DNA of 64,000 nucleotides from positions 3,046 to 67,045 of IMG/VR virus record IMGVR_UViG_3300027985_000557; one strand, 5' to 3'. How positions within the stretch are numbered: position 1 is the first letter of the stretch; the number at the start of each line of letters is the position of its first letter. The stretch is from a virus. Made by a program: the position numbers and the translations under genes. This document shows, in pieces, positions 55,876 to 64,000 of the stretch. The notes under the pieces were generated by a model. That model searched no databases. It was not told the DNA's origin and worked only from the letters and a program-made list of their open reading frames with translations.

Positions 55876-57913
55876 TGGTGATTCCCTTGTCAGCAAGAGT
55901 GGTCAGCAGGGCCGCGCGCACGGCCTCCGGCTTAATGGTGTTGATGCATGGCGTCTTGCAGGGCCGCCGGCTAGGCGCTCCCCAGCACGTGGTCAGAATG
56001 GGACAGGCATCAAGGCGGTTGGGCTCCAGGTTGACGATGACCCCGTTGTCATCCCTGGGGTGGGTGACCCGGGCCGGGGCTGGGCCGTACAGGACCACGG
56101 CCGGCGTACCGAGCGCCCCGCACAGGTGGGCCGGAAAGCTATCAATCACGACGCCGGCCGTGGCGTGCCCGACAACCCAGGCGCTCTCCTGAAATGAGAG
56201 CTTTCCCCGAAGGTCCAGCGAGGCATAGCGACACAGCGGATCTTCATGGCTACCGATCTGAACGACGGGCAAGGGCGTGCCGGCCAGCACCAGATCCATA
56301 TGCTCGTAGGTTCGATATTCCTTGCTTCCGCCGGCCGTCTGCACGATTATGTACTTCTCGGGCAAGGCGTCTGCGTGAAGTTCCGGGCGCTGCTTCGTGA
56401 TGCGCACCGTGTCCGCTTCCAATTGCCCACAGAAGTATGGATACATCTCGTAGAGCGCGGTATCAAGGGAGTTGAATCCTCCTGTTACGATGCGCTCCCC
56501 GTGCGGGTTGTAAACGATGGAATACCGGCGCATCATGTCCGGATTCCAGTCGATAACTTCATCCAGGTCCGGATGGTCTTCCACGATGTTGTGGAACTTC
56601 TTCTGCGTCATGTAAACAAGGCGCTTGCCGGGGTGCTTCTTCTTGAGTCCTTTGAAGCACTGCGTGGTCATGAGCACGTCCCCGGCGGCGCTATGCTGGG
56701 CGAACAAAACGGCGTCTATCTGGTCCGACGCCGGGCTTATGGAGTTGCTGAGGACGCGGTCGATGTGTGCGTTGATGTCCATGGTCCCGGAAAGCCACTT
56801 CACGGCCTGCTCAATCCCAATGCGGCTCAGACGGTGGCGAACGTCGGGTTGAAGCATGAAGCCAATAGCCTTGGCGATAGCTTCGGGCCGACAACTCTTA
56901 ACGCGGGTGAACCCATCGCCGTGGGCCGTCGGAACCGGCACCATGTAAGGCACCGTGAGGCCCACGTAGATGCCTGCGTCTTCGACGAGCTCCCGATGCG
57001 CCGGGCAGTTCGACACAATAACCGGGACACCGCACTTCATGGCTTCCAGGGGCGTGTAGGACAGGCCCTCGAATGCCGAGCACATGACGATCATGTCCAT
57101 GGCGTTGTAGACCTGAACAAGGCGATTAGTCGGATAGGAGTAAATGGCCTGATCCTTAGCGAGCACGGCACCCTTTCGGATGCCCGCGTCCGCGCAAAGC
57201 TGCGGAAGGTTGAACACGCCCTGCATGTTGGTGTGCAGATAGAGGTGTAGGCGCTCGTCCTTGGCCGCCGCGAGAGCGAACCCCTCGATAAGACCCATGG
57301 GATCTTTACGGAACTGGTTGTTTCCAACGAATCCCACAATGATGGCCTCATCTGACAGATGAGGAAATGATGTCCGACGCCCATATTCACGAGCTATTTG
57401 CGACCGGGCAAAGAAGTCCAGGTGTGGGGCGGGTGGCCGGAAGTAAGCGCTGGAATTGAGGTACGGGGCTACCAGCCCATGCCCGCTTTCCGAATAAATC
57501 AGGACGTGGTCGAATACCGAGAACCATACCAGCCAATCCTGGCGCAAGGTCGGCAGGTCGTAGGGGGCAAGGCACATGGTCTTGAAGCTGTGTGCTTGAG
57601 CCATACGGAGCATTTCCGGGTAGATATGGGCATAGCGCCATACGTCCAACCCGACGAAAAACACGAGGTCAGGACGGATCGTGTTTATGGTGGAAAGAAG
57701 TTTCTTCCCACCCCAGGGGTCGCGGTCGCTGTGCGAAGAAACGATGGGAAAAGACATGATGGTGTCGAAGAGGGTGTCGGGAGCCGGGTCACCGTAAGCG
57801 AAAATGGCAATCTCATGCTGAGAAGCATCGATGGTGGACAGAATGCCCGCCATCATGTTGCCTGTTCCGCTCCCACAATAGGGATGTTCGCCGACAATAA
57901 GGATCTTGGACAT
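55868..57913 (-). CDS. Bifunctional glycosyltransferase: GT4-like plus GT9 (heptosyltransferase-like)
   Basis: VG.N..RKD and EGLSYTPLEAMKCGVPVI; GDVLM...LKKKHP and IDS.PAHL.GALGTP.VVLYGP. Confidence 0.88.
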   Translation of the reverse strand: MSKILIVGEHPYCGSGTGNMMAGILSTIDASQHEIAIFAYGDPAPDTLFDTIMSFPIVSSHSDRDPWGGKKLLSTINTIRPDLVFFVGLDVWRYAHIYPEMLRMAQAHSFKTMCLAPYDLPTLRQDWLVWFSVFDHVLIYSESGHGLVAPYLNSSAYFRPPAPHLDFFARSQIAREYGRRTSFPHLSDEAIIVGFVGNNQFRKDPMGLIEGFALAAAKDERLHLYLHTNMQGVFNLPQLCADAGIRKGAVLAKDQAIYSYPTNRLVQVYNAMDMIVMCSAFEGLSYTPLEAMKCGVPVIVSNCPAHRELVEDAGIYVGLTVPYMVPVPTAHGDGFTRVKSCRPEAIAKAIGFMLQPDVRHRLSRIGIEQAVKWLSGTMDINAHIDRVLSNSISPASDQIDAVLFAQHSAAGDVLMTTQCFKGLKKKHPGKRLVYMTQKKFHNIVEDHPDLDEVIDWNPDMMRRYSIVYNPHGERIVTGGFNSLDTALYEMYPYFCGQLEADTVRITKQRPELHADALPEKYIIVQTAGGSKEYRTYEHMDLVLAGTPLPVVQIGSHEDPLCRYASLDLRGKLSFQESAWVVGHATAGVVIDSFPAHLCGALGTPAVVLYGPAPARVTHPRDDNGVIVNLEPNRLDACPILTTCWGAPSRRPCKTPCINTIKPEAVRAALLTTLADKGITNE

Positions 57914-57943
57914 TTCATCCTCCCGGATGATTAGGGTTTGGGG

Positions 57944-58597
57944 CTATTCGCGCGTATCCTCCTCAAGGTAGACAACGCTTACCCCATCAAACGAATGCGG
58001 TTCCAACGAAGTCACCTTGTAGTGTTCTTCGCCAGAAATCGCGCCCCGGTAGGGGCTTTCCCCACTCACGACAAAGCGGTCGAGGGGAATTGGCTTAACG
58101 TATGCGGGAACATACAGGATAAGGCCCGTCACGTCAACCGCCGCAAAGTCGTGTGTCTGCTCGTCCAGGCGGGTGGCATAGAGCTTATCCGTGAGCAAGG
58201 CGGGAAAGTCGGTCTTGACCGGAAGCCACGTGGTCTTGGTTTTGAACGAATAGGTTTCCGTCTCCCCGGACGGGCGGAGTAAAGATCCTACAACGTTGCA
58301 GCGGTAGAGGACCGCCGACGTCTCGATGATTTGATTCTCGAACAGTTCGGGCAGGGCCGACATGACCAGATACCGGCGACCATCCACGAGAAAGCGGATG
58401 ACGTCTCCGGGAACTACCTGGGTGTCATGGAACAGTTTTACGAAAAGGAAGTGCTGGAACGTAAACGGCTTGGTCATCTGGGTATTTTCCTCATAGTCGA
58501 GGTACTCGCCCCTGATGGTAGTCGTTTCCCGTTCAACCTCGAAACCGAGGCCTACCTCAACGACAACCGCCTTGATGTCATCGCCCAGCGAAACCAC
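57944..58597 (-). CDS. Putative head closure/neck protein
   Basis: Beta-rich, PGD.I...YLV; position after the adaptor. Confidence 0.55.
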   Translation of the reverse strand: MVSLGDDIKAVVVEVGLGFEVERETTTIRGEYLDYEENTQMTKPFTFQHFLFVKLFHDTQVVPGDVIRFLVDGRRYLVMSALPELFENQIIETSAVLYRCNVVGSLLRPSGETETYSFKTKTTWLPVKTDFPALLTDKLYATRLDEQTHDFAAVDVTGLILYVPAYVKPIPLDRFVVSGESPYRGAISGEEHYKVTSLEPHSFDGVSVVYLEEDTRE

Positions 58598-58599
58598 GA

Positions 58600-59046
58600 C
58601 TACGAATCCTTTAGGGGGTTGATGATAACCCGGTTACTCGGATCGTAGGTCATGTCGCGGCCTAGGTCATCGTAAGCAAAACCGGCCGAAGCCACACTGC
58701 CGAACACAGCAATGCGGTCCTCAGGCGTGTCAAGGGGCAGCTCGGCAGCGAGCCAAGCATTATCTTCCATTTCAATCAGCTTGAGGTAATGTTCAAACCT
58801 CTGCTGAAGATTGATTTGCTTGTACTTGAATTTGTTGGCGTTCATCACCAACAAGAGGTAGAGCGCATGCCGGGTGGCCCGCCGCAAAAACCACGTGATT
58901 CGGCTATTGCCTTCAAGGGGCAGCGTCCAGCCGGTTTCCCGCTCCGTGGTCCGCATGACCTCAGTCAGTTCGTCATCGTCGAACAGGTCGGTAAGACCCT
59001 TCAGACGCCCGATCTTGAGGGCATCAATGGCTTCATCTTCGGTCAT
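58600..59046 (-). CDS. Putative head-tail adaptor
   Basis: Helical, F.DDEL, Q.FEHY; second gene after the capsid. Confidence 0.55.
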   Translation of the reverse strand: MTEDEAIDALKIGRLKGLTDLFDDDELTEVMRTTERETGWTLPLEGNSRITWFLRRATRHALYLLLVMNANKFKYKQINLQQRFEHYLKLIEMEDNAWLAAELPLDTPEDRIAVFGSVASAGFAYDDLGRDMTYDPSNRVIINPLKDS

Positions 59047-59073
59047 GCGCTCATCCTCCCTTGGCCGTTGGAA

Positions 59074-59337
59074 TTACTGCGCGGCGCGGCGACGGCCGCC
59101 CGTGCGGGGAGCGGACGGGGCCGCCAGGGGCGGGGTGTCGCCATCGGTTTCCGGGGTGACATCGGCGTCGGGCACTTCGGCGGTGCCCAGGACGACCACG
59201 TGCGGGGCCTTGGCGTTGATTTCCGCCTGAAGAATGTCGGAGTACGGGCTGTCCGGGAGAGTATGGTTGCCGGCCGGAATGAAGACGTGACCCGACTGGA
59301 GATTGACGGTGAGGTTGATGCTGGTCTTGGTAGCCAT
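59074..59337 (-). CDS. Small head-associated protein
   Basis: AAGGAG RBS before 59337; directly follows the capsid gene. Confidence 0.55.
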   Translation of the reverse strand: MATKTSINLTVNLQSGHVFIPAGNHTLPDSPYSDILQAEINAKAPHVVVLGTAEVPDADVTPETDGDTPPLAAPSAPRTGGRRRAAQ

Positions 59338-59354
59338 GACGCTCTCCTTCATAA

Positions 59355-59381
59355 CAGGGGGCTAGGCGTTCTAGCCCCCTG
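59355..59381 (-). terminator. Hairpin after the major capsid gene
   Basis: CAGGGGGCTAG / CTAGCCCCCTG inverted repeat. Confidence 0.55.
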
Positions 59382-59398
59382 ATTGATTGGCTGGATGG

Positions 59399-60619
59399 TT
59401 ATTTCACGACCATCGTGTAGGTGGTGTCCGGGTTGTAGTAGACCGGGAGGCCCTTGTCCTGCACGCGAATCCAGACGCCGTCCGGATCCCACTCGTACTT
59501 GGTGTCCACGTAGGTGCCCCAACGGCGATCGACGCCGTGGGGGGCCGCGAGGAACTCGGCGACGGCCACGCCTTCCGCCGTGGAAGAGAACATGGTGAAG
59601 GTGTTGTCCGCGATGTATTTCTTCTTCATGAGCACGCGGTCGCGGCCCATGAGGTAGCTCTTGGTCGGGGCGGCGTTCACGGTCACGGTGCCGGCCAGCA
59701 CATCCACGTCGGTGATGGTGCGGTCTTCCCAGACCTTGGGGGTCTTCATGTTCTGAAAGCGCAGGGTGCCGCCGATCTCGAAGTCGGTGACCTGATCCAG
59801 GTAGATCGTGGTGCCGCCCGTGGACGAGGCGTTCTGCATGAGGAACGCCTGGAGTTCGTAGAACTCGTCGTAGACGTACAGCGGGATGCCGAGCAGCGCG
59901 CCGATGACGGCCTTGGGGTTCTTGAACAGGTCGCCGTCGCCGAACTGCGACTTGGCCAGCAGGGTCTGGATCTTGGTGTCCAGCATCAGCAGGGTCAACA
60001 AGGTGCTGTTCAGGATGCCGTATTCGGGCACGACACCGGCATCGTCGGCGAGAACCTTCTTGCCGGTCAGGACGTCCTCGAGCGGATTGCGGTTGGCACC
60101 GTCGCTCCATTTGCGGTCGGCGGCCAGGGTCACGCGGTGGGTGGCGGGAACGCCGTAGTCCACGGTGAAGGCCATGCCCTTGGCATCGAGATAGGAGAAG
60201 CGGCCGTCGGTGAACATCTTGGCGACCATCCACTCGCGCCGACGCAGGCAGCGGTTGCGCAGCTTCAGGGTCTGGCGGGCCAGGGTACGTTCGGCGGTCT
60301 GGTAGGTCTGCACGGTGCCGGGCTGCTTCAGGTTGTTCAGGAAGGATTCGTCGAAGTAGGTCTTCTCCTTCCAGTAGGCCGCCTTGGCCGAACCCTCGCC
60401 GGTCCCGTCCACGCCAACGGTCGGAGCCGGAGCGCCGGGGGCGACGAACGGGGTGATGCCACCCGAGCCGTACTCGTATTCCCACGTGATGGCGTTGGAA
60501 TCGTTGTTGAAGCTGCCGAACATGCCCATGAAAAACCCGGTGGGGGCCTTAACAGGCAGCGAGATGAAACGGTTGAGCACCTCCAGGCGGAGGGCCGGGA
60601 TACCGGAATCGCCTTTCAT
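59399..60619 (-). CDS. Major capsid protein (lambda gpE-like family) with an insertion domain
   Basis: PFVAPGAP, RRREWM, VDYG.P, W......PLED, W.DP, LPV...PD; strong codon bias. Confidence 0.9.
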   Translation of the reverse strand: MKGDSGIPALRLEVLNRFISLPVKAPTGFFMGMFGSFNNDSNAITWEYEYGSGGITPFVAPGAPAPTVGVDGTGEGSAKAAYWKEKTYFDESFLNNLKQPGTVQTYQTAERTLARQTLKLRNRCLRRREWMVAKMFTDGRFSYLDAKGMAFTVDYGVPATHRVTLAADRKWSDGANRNPLEDVLTGKKVLADDAGVVPEYGILNSTLLTLLMLDTKIQTLLAKSQFGDGDLFKNPKAVIGALLGIPLYVYDEFYELQAFLMQNASSTGGTTIYLDQVTDFEIGGTLRFQNMKTPKVWEDRTITDVDVLAGTVTVNAAPTKSYLMGRDRVLMKKKYIADNTFTMFSSTAEGVAVAEFLAAPHGVDRRWGTYVDTKYEWDPDGVWIRVQDKGLPVYYNPDTTYTMVVK

Positions 60620-60632
60620 GGTTGTTGCCCCC

Positions 60633-61331
60633 TTAGATGACCAGCAGGTTGTTGAAGATGAACGGAATGGTCACGGCCGCAAGGTCGGTGAGAACCTGGG
60701 CATCGTAGTCCACGAGGCTGTTCCGGTACAGGGTCGCGTTCTTGAACACGACGGAACCGAGGCCGCCCTGCGGGATGGTGCCGGCTTCGTCGTCGGCCCC
60801 GTAGCCGGTATCCACGCCAAGATCGCAGATGCAGAAGGCCTTGGAGAACTTGCCCGCCGTGCCGGCCTTCGGGTAGCAGTGGGTGTTGTTCGCCATGGTG
60901 TAGGTCGCCACGGCGGTCGCGTTGGTGAAGGTGATCTTTGCCCGATAGGCGTCGGTGTCGCGGTCGATGGCAGTGATCGCACCGCCGTCCAGGAAGGTGG
61001 CGTCCTGAGCGAGAATCAGACTGTCACCGATCTGGAACTTGTAGCTGTCGTCCATGGTGACATAGACGAACGCCGCGCCGTTGGCGACGTCGTTGATCGC
61101 CCGGGCAACGCCCTTGGTCACGCCGAAGACAACGGCGTCCGGGACGTAAGGAACCAGCTTGCCGGTAACGGCGTTCTTGGCCATAATCTGGCCGGGCGGC
61201 AGGTAGCCGAAACCGGCCTGATAGACGCCCTCTTCGATGAGGGCAGTCTCACGCTGGCTCTTGAAAAGCGGGCGCTGACCGAGGGTCATGGCCCCAATGT
61301 TCATCTGGGGAATCGAACCTTTGGTGCTCAT
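60633..61331 (-). CDS. Head decoration protein
   Basis: L..G.IMAK...TGK..PY; between protease/scaffold and capsid. Confidence 0.75.
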   Translation of the reverse strand: MSTKGSIPQMNIGAMTLGQRPLFKSQRETALIEEGVYQAGFGYLPPGQIMAKNAVTGKLVPYVPDAVVFGVTKGVARAINDVANGAAFVYVTMDDSYKFQIGDSLILAQDATFLDGGAITAIDRDTDAYRAKITFTNATAVATYTMANNTHCYPKAGTAGKFSKAFCICDLGVDTGYGADDEAGTIPQGGLGSVVFKNATLYRNSLVDYDAQVLTDLAAVTIPFIFNNLLVI

Positions 61332-61361
61332 TGTGCTCTCCTTGTGGTGCGTGCGAGCAGG

Positions 61362-62609
61362 TTATTCGGCGTCGTCGCCCTTGGATCCGTCGAAGCCCAG
61401 GTAACCGGCCATGCGTTCGGCCTGGGTGGCCGGATCGAAGAACTGGCCCGCGCCGTTATTGGCACCCGCGCCGCCGAAGAGCGGAGCCGGGGAACCACCG
61501 CCCAGGACGCGGCCTTCGCCGCCGCTGGACTTCGAGAAGATGCCCTGCCATTCGATGATGTCCTTCTTGACGGCCTCGGAGAAGGCGGCTTCGTCGAGCA
61601 CGCCGTCCTTGACGAAGGCGCTGTAGGACGGCAAGACGCCCTTGACCTTGCTTTCCTGGTAGTCCGAGAAGCAGGCTTCCTTGAGCAGGCCGGACACGAT
61701 GGCGCTGGAAGTGGCCACGATGTCCTTTTCCTTGACCTGGGCGGTGAACTTCGCCATGGTCTGCTCGACGGTGTCCAGGCGGGTGGAGAGTTCGGTCTTG
61801 CTGGCGGACAGTTCGCCAATGGTCTTGTCCTTGTCGGCGAGTTCGGCCTTGAGGCCGGAAACCTCGGCGGTGACGGCGTCGGTGGCTTCCTTCTTCATGG
61901 AATCGCAGAAGGCCGCGAACGTCGGGTCGTCTTTGAACTGGCTGGGGTCGAAGGGCATTGCCTTTTCCTCCGGTTTGGGTTGATGTTCGTTGCCTTCCTC
62001 GATGTATGAGAAGCTCACGCGGGCCATTTCAGCAACTTCCTGTTCGCTGAACACCGTTGCGGCGGTGTTGCTATCCACGCCGAAGACGCATACGGAGCCT
62101 TCCTTGTAGATGTTGTTCCGCCAGATGGCAACCGGCCCCTTAACGGTGTAGCCGTTCACCTCGGCTTCTTCGCCTTCTTCAAGGCGCTGGATTTTCGTCG
62201 GCTTGATGCTGATGCTCGCCTGGAACGGAAACCCATCGTCACCGAGTTTTACGACCTTCTGGGTATCTTCCGTATCGACGAGGGTGACGTTTGTCAAGCG
62301 GATTGATTTCTTTCCCGCATCGTCAGTCACAATTTCCGGCCGCCCGCTGAAACCCAGGATTCGATCGGTGCTGTGATCCCGCAAAACGGGGAACTTCTTT
62401 CCACGGAAGACCATGCTGTCCAGGTCGATGATCACGTCACCGAACCACCAATGCTTGACAGGGGCACCAGAGTACAAGGGCTCGATGGTCAGGCTTTTTT
62501 TCTTCCCTTCACCGTCAACGGCGGAGAAGGAGATCCGCTGGTCGTCGCCGGTGAAGTAGAAGGCTTTGCTGGGAACCTGCTCTTCTCTTGGCCGCTCAGT
62601 TCGTGGCAT
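61362..62609 (-). CDS. Prohead protease with C-terminal scaffold
   Basis: PVLRDH, FPFQASI, EGSVCVFGVD..T; coiled-coil C-terminal half with an internal RBS before MPFDP. Confidence 0.85.
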   Translation of the reverse strand: MPRTERPREEQVPSKAFYFTGDDQRISFSAVDGEGKKKSLTIEPLYSGAPVKHWWFGDVIIDLDSMVFRGKKFPVLRDHSTDRILGFSGRPEIVTDDAGKKSIRLTNVTLVDTEDTQKVVKLGDDGFPFQASISIKPTKIQRLEEGEEAEVNGYTVKGPVAIWRNNIYKEGSVCVFGVDSNTAATVFSEQEVAEMARVSFSYIEEGNEHQPKPEEKAMPFDPSQFKDDPTFAAFCDSMKKEATDAVTAEVSGLKAELADKDKTIGELSASKTELSTRLDTVEQTMAKFTAQVKEKDIVATSSAIVSGLLKEACFSDYQESKVKGVLPSYSAFVKDGVLDEAAFSEAVKKDIIEWQGIFSKSSGGEGRVLGGGSPAPLFGGAGANNGAGQFFDPATQAERMAGYLGFDGSKGDDAE

Positions 62610-63069
62610 AAGGCTTACCTCCTACCCACTTTGTCTTCGCTCCCCCGTCATACGGGGTTGCGAGGCCTTTATCAATCAATTTTTTCGCTACGTCAACTCC
62701 GCCGCAAAGGACGGTGCCCCCGATACGGAAGTATTTGTCCCGCCATGCGCTCCGTATCGTGATTATCGAACCGCTGGGGCACATATTCGTCACGGCAAGG
62801 CCTGCCTGCCGGGCGACTCGCCGATTAAGTTCGTCAGGATCGTTCATTTCAGGAGTGTCGATGCCGCCGACACGCACCGAGATGTTCTTGCCAATGATGT
62901 CCGGCCACTCAGGTACGTCAATGGTGATGGTGTCCCCGTCGTGGTTGGAGACTACGATCCCTTGAACGTCGCCATAAGTCTTTTCGCCGCCATCGGCGAG
63001 GCAGGCGAAGAAAAGGGTGATTCCAAAGCCGAAAGAGAAGACCAAGGCAGCAATAATGCGGTAATTCAT
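62596..63069 (-). CDS. Thermonuclease (staphylococcal nuclease family) with signal/anchor peptide
   Basis: DGDTI, VRVGGIDTPE, DKYFR, LI..GLA..Y.GG; GAGG RBS before 63069. Confidence 0.88.
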   Translation of the reverse strand: MNYRIIAALVFSFGFGITLFFACLADGGEKTYGDVQGIVVSNHDGDTITIDVPEWPDIIGKNISVRVGGIDTPEMNDPDELNRRVARQAGLAVTNMCPSGSIITIRSAWRDKYFRIGGTVLCGGVDVAKKLIDKGLATPYDGGAKTKWVGGKPYATN

Positions 63070-63077
63070 TCTGTCCT

Positions 63078-63275
63078 CTAAACGGCCGGGGCAATGAAGC
63101 CACTCCCGCCGCATGCTTTGCACATCTTTACGTGGCCTATTTGGGCTCCAGGGGTATCGTCTTGGCCCACGGTGCCCATGCCCTGGCAAACGGGGCAACG
63201 CGGCTCTGTATGGCTCAGTTGGACAATTCGCTGGGGGTCAACAAGGGCGGCCATATCCGGGGCGTGGACGTGCAT
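63078..63275 (-). CDS. Small DnaJ-type zinc-finger protein
   Basis: CPVCQGMG and CKACGGSG; AAGGAG RBS. Confidence 0.6.
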   Translation of the reverse strand: MHVHAPDMAALVDPQRIVQLSHTEPRCPVCQGMGTVGQDDTPGAQIGHVKMCKACGGSGFIAPAV

Positions 63276-63352
63276 ACCGTGAAAACTCCTTGGTTGGTCG
63301 CCCCGGCGGCGTAGGGGAGTCCACCGGGGCTTTGTGGCTTGGTGATCAACGG

Positions 63353-63454
63353 TTACTTGCAGCCGCCTTTGCCGCCGCCTTTGGTGCCCCCTTTGGTGCC
63401 CCCTTTGGAGCCCCCTTTGGAGCCCCCTTTGGAGCCCGTGCCTTTCTTGGCCAT
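63353..63454 (-). CDS. 33-aa Lys/Gly repeat peptide
   Basis: Translated by hand: MAKKGTGSKGGSKGGSKGGTKGGTKGGGKGGCK; GGGGGTG RBS; 12-bp tandem repeats. Confidence 0.65.
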   Translation of the reverse strand: MAKKGTGSKGGSKGGSKGGTKGGTKGGGKGGCK

Positions 63455-63514
63455 TTACATCACCCCCTTCATGCCGTCGAATAAGCTATCGCCTTGTGGA
63501 GGCAAGGCGCTTGC

Positions 63515-64000
63515 TCACAGAACAGGCCACTGAATAGCTGCTTGTGCCGCCAGGACGTCAGCGACAGAAGAAGTGGCTTTTACCGCCTTTTTCCCGCCAA
63601 GGCGGACGCTCTCCAGCGCATCACCAAAGGCGTACCACGCGTCAGCATTCGCGATGACTATGCGTGCTACATCGACCGGCGTGTCGGCCGTTATACCTAC
63701 TTCAGCATATATAGCCGAATAGGTCTTCTTGAACACCGCTAACGCGTCTTCGGCTACCGGAATAGCATCCGCCATAAAGGCACGAGCCTGCGCCTCTTTA
63801 CGAATGTACGCTGCCATTTGTCCTGCCCCAGGAGTGAGGACGGTGTTACGCAACTGTTCGGCAACGGCGTCGATGGCATTACACACGGAAGCCTTGGCGT
63901 CCTCCAGCGTAACCTCCCAGGCCTGCCCGATCTCCACGGGTGTGCCGTTAGGGATGGTGAGGATGAGGCAGCCCGGGTAACAGCCAGAGACGCACGCGCC
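63515..64000 (-). CDS. Fibre-associated helical protein (5' truncated by window)
   Basis: TPGAGQ...Y..K..QA.AF ... E.VRL.GK.AV ... I.WP; frame is open to the window edge. Confidence 0.6.
   Translation of the reverse strand, partial: GACVSGCYPGCLILTIPNGTPVEIGQAWEVTLEDAKASVCNAIDAVAEQLRNTVLTPGAGQMAAYIRKEAQARAFMADAIPVAEDALAVFKKTYSAIYAEVGITADTPVDVARIVIANADAWYAFGDALESVRLGGKKAVKATSSVADVLAAQAAIQWPVL

Noticed and set aside
59349-62009. Long alternative ORFs over the head genes (59387-60640 +, 60384-62009 +, 59349-60485 -)
   Set aside because: Shadow frames of strongly GC3-biased genes; no motifs or RBS
1-64000. Stop-codon reassignment as the cause of split SbcC and split tail tip
   Set aside because: TAA, TAG and TGA all end intact conserved genes, coding density is high in the standard code, and the split halves are separated by other genes
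1-64000. Inteins, introns, DGR/retron reverse transcriptase, integrase, tRNAs, CRISPR
   Set aside because: No such motifs recognised by eye; polymerase, helicase and RecA frames are uninterrupted; short RNA genes could have been missed

Overview
The whole window is part of a tailed dsDNA phage genome, siphovirus-like (1840-aa tape measure, tail tube, no sheath), with two convergent arms meeting at a terminator near 31.77 kb. The + strand arm (1-31.7 kb) is a DNA-metabolism block: primase, wHTH replication initiator, DnaB-like helicase, sliding clamp and clamp loader, UDG-fused family A polymerase, UvsY-like mediator, gp32-like SSB, RecA, 5'-3' exonuclease, RuvC, ThyX, split SbcC with SbcD, MazG-like enzymes, and a radical SAM plus TET-associated-type glycosyltransferase pair. 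The - strand arm (31.8-64 kb) is the late operon: head, neck, tail, GTA-like tail tip, fibres and lysis. Terminase, portal and integrase are not in the window. The most unusual items are: (1) a receiver+PAS signalling protein embedded in the lysis cassette; (2) a radical SAM / glycosyltransferase pair that may be an oxygen-independent DNA hypermodification system; (3) a glycosyltransferase-sulfotransferase cluster inside the neck genes; (4) a ~270-nt structured RNA with its own promoter and terminator in front of the replication initiator; (5) shared short motifs (RRRP, LF-x-RR and a Cys4 module) across replication proteins; (6) a 33-aa KGG-repeat peptide. All protein calls come from motif recognition by eye; no database search or folding program was run.
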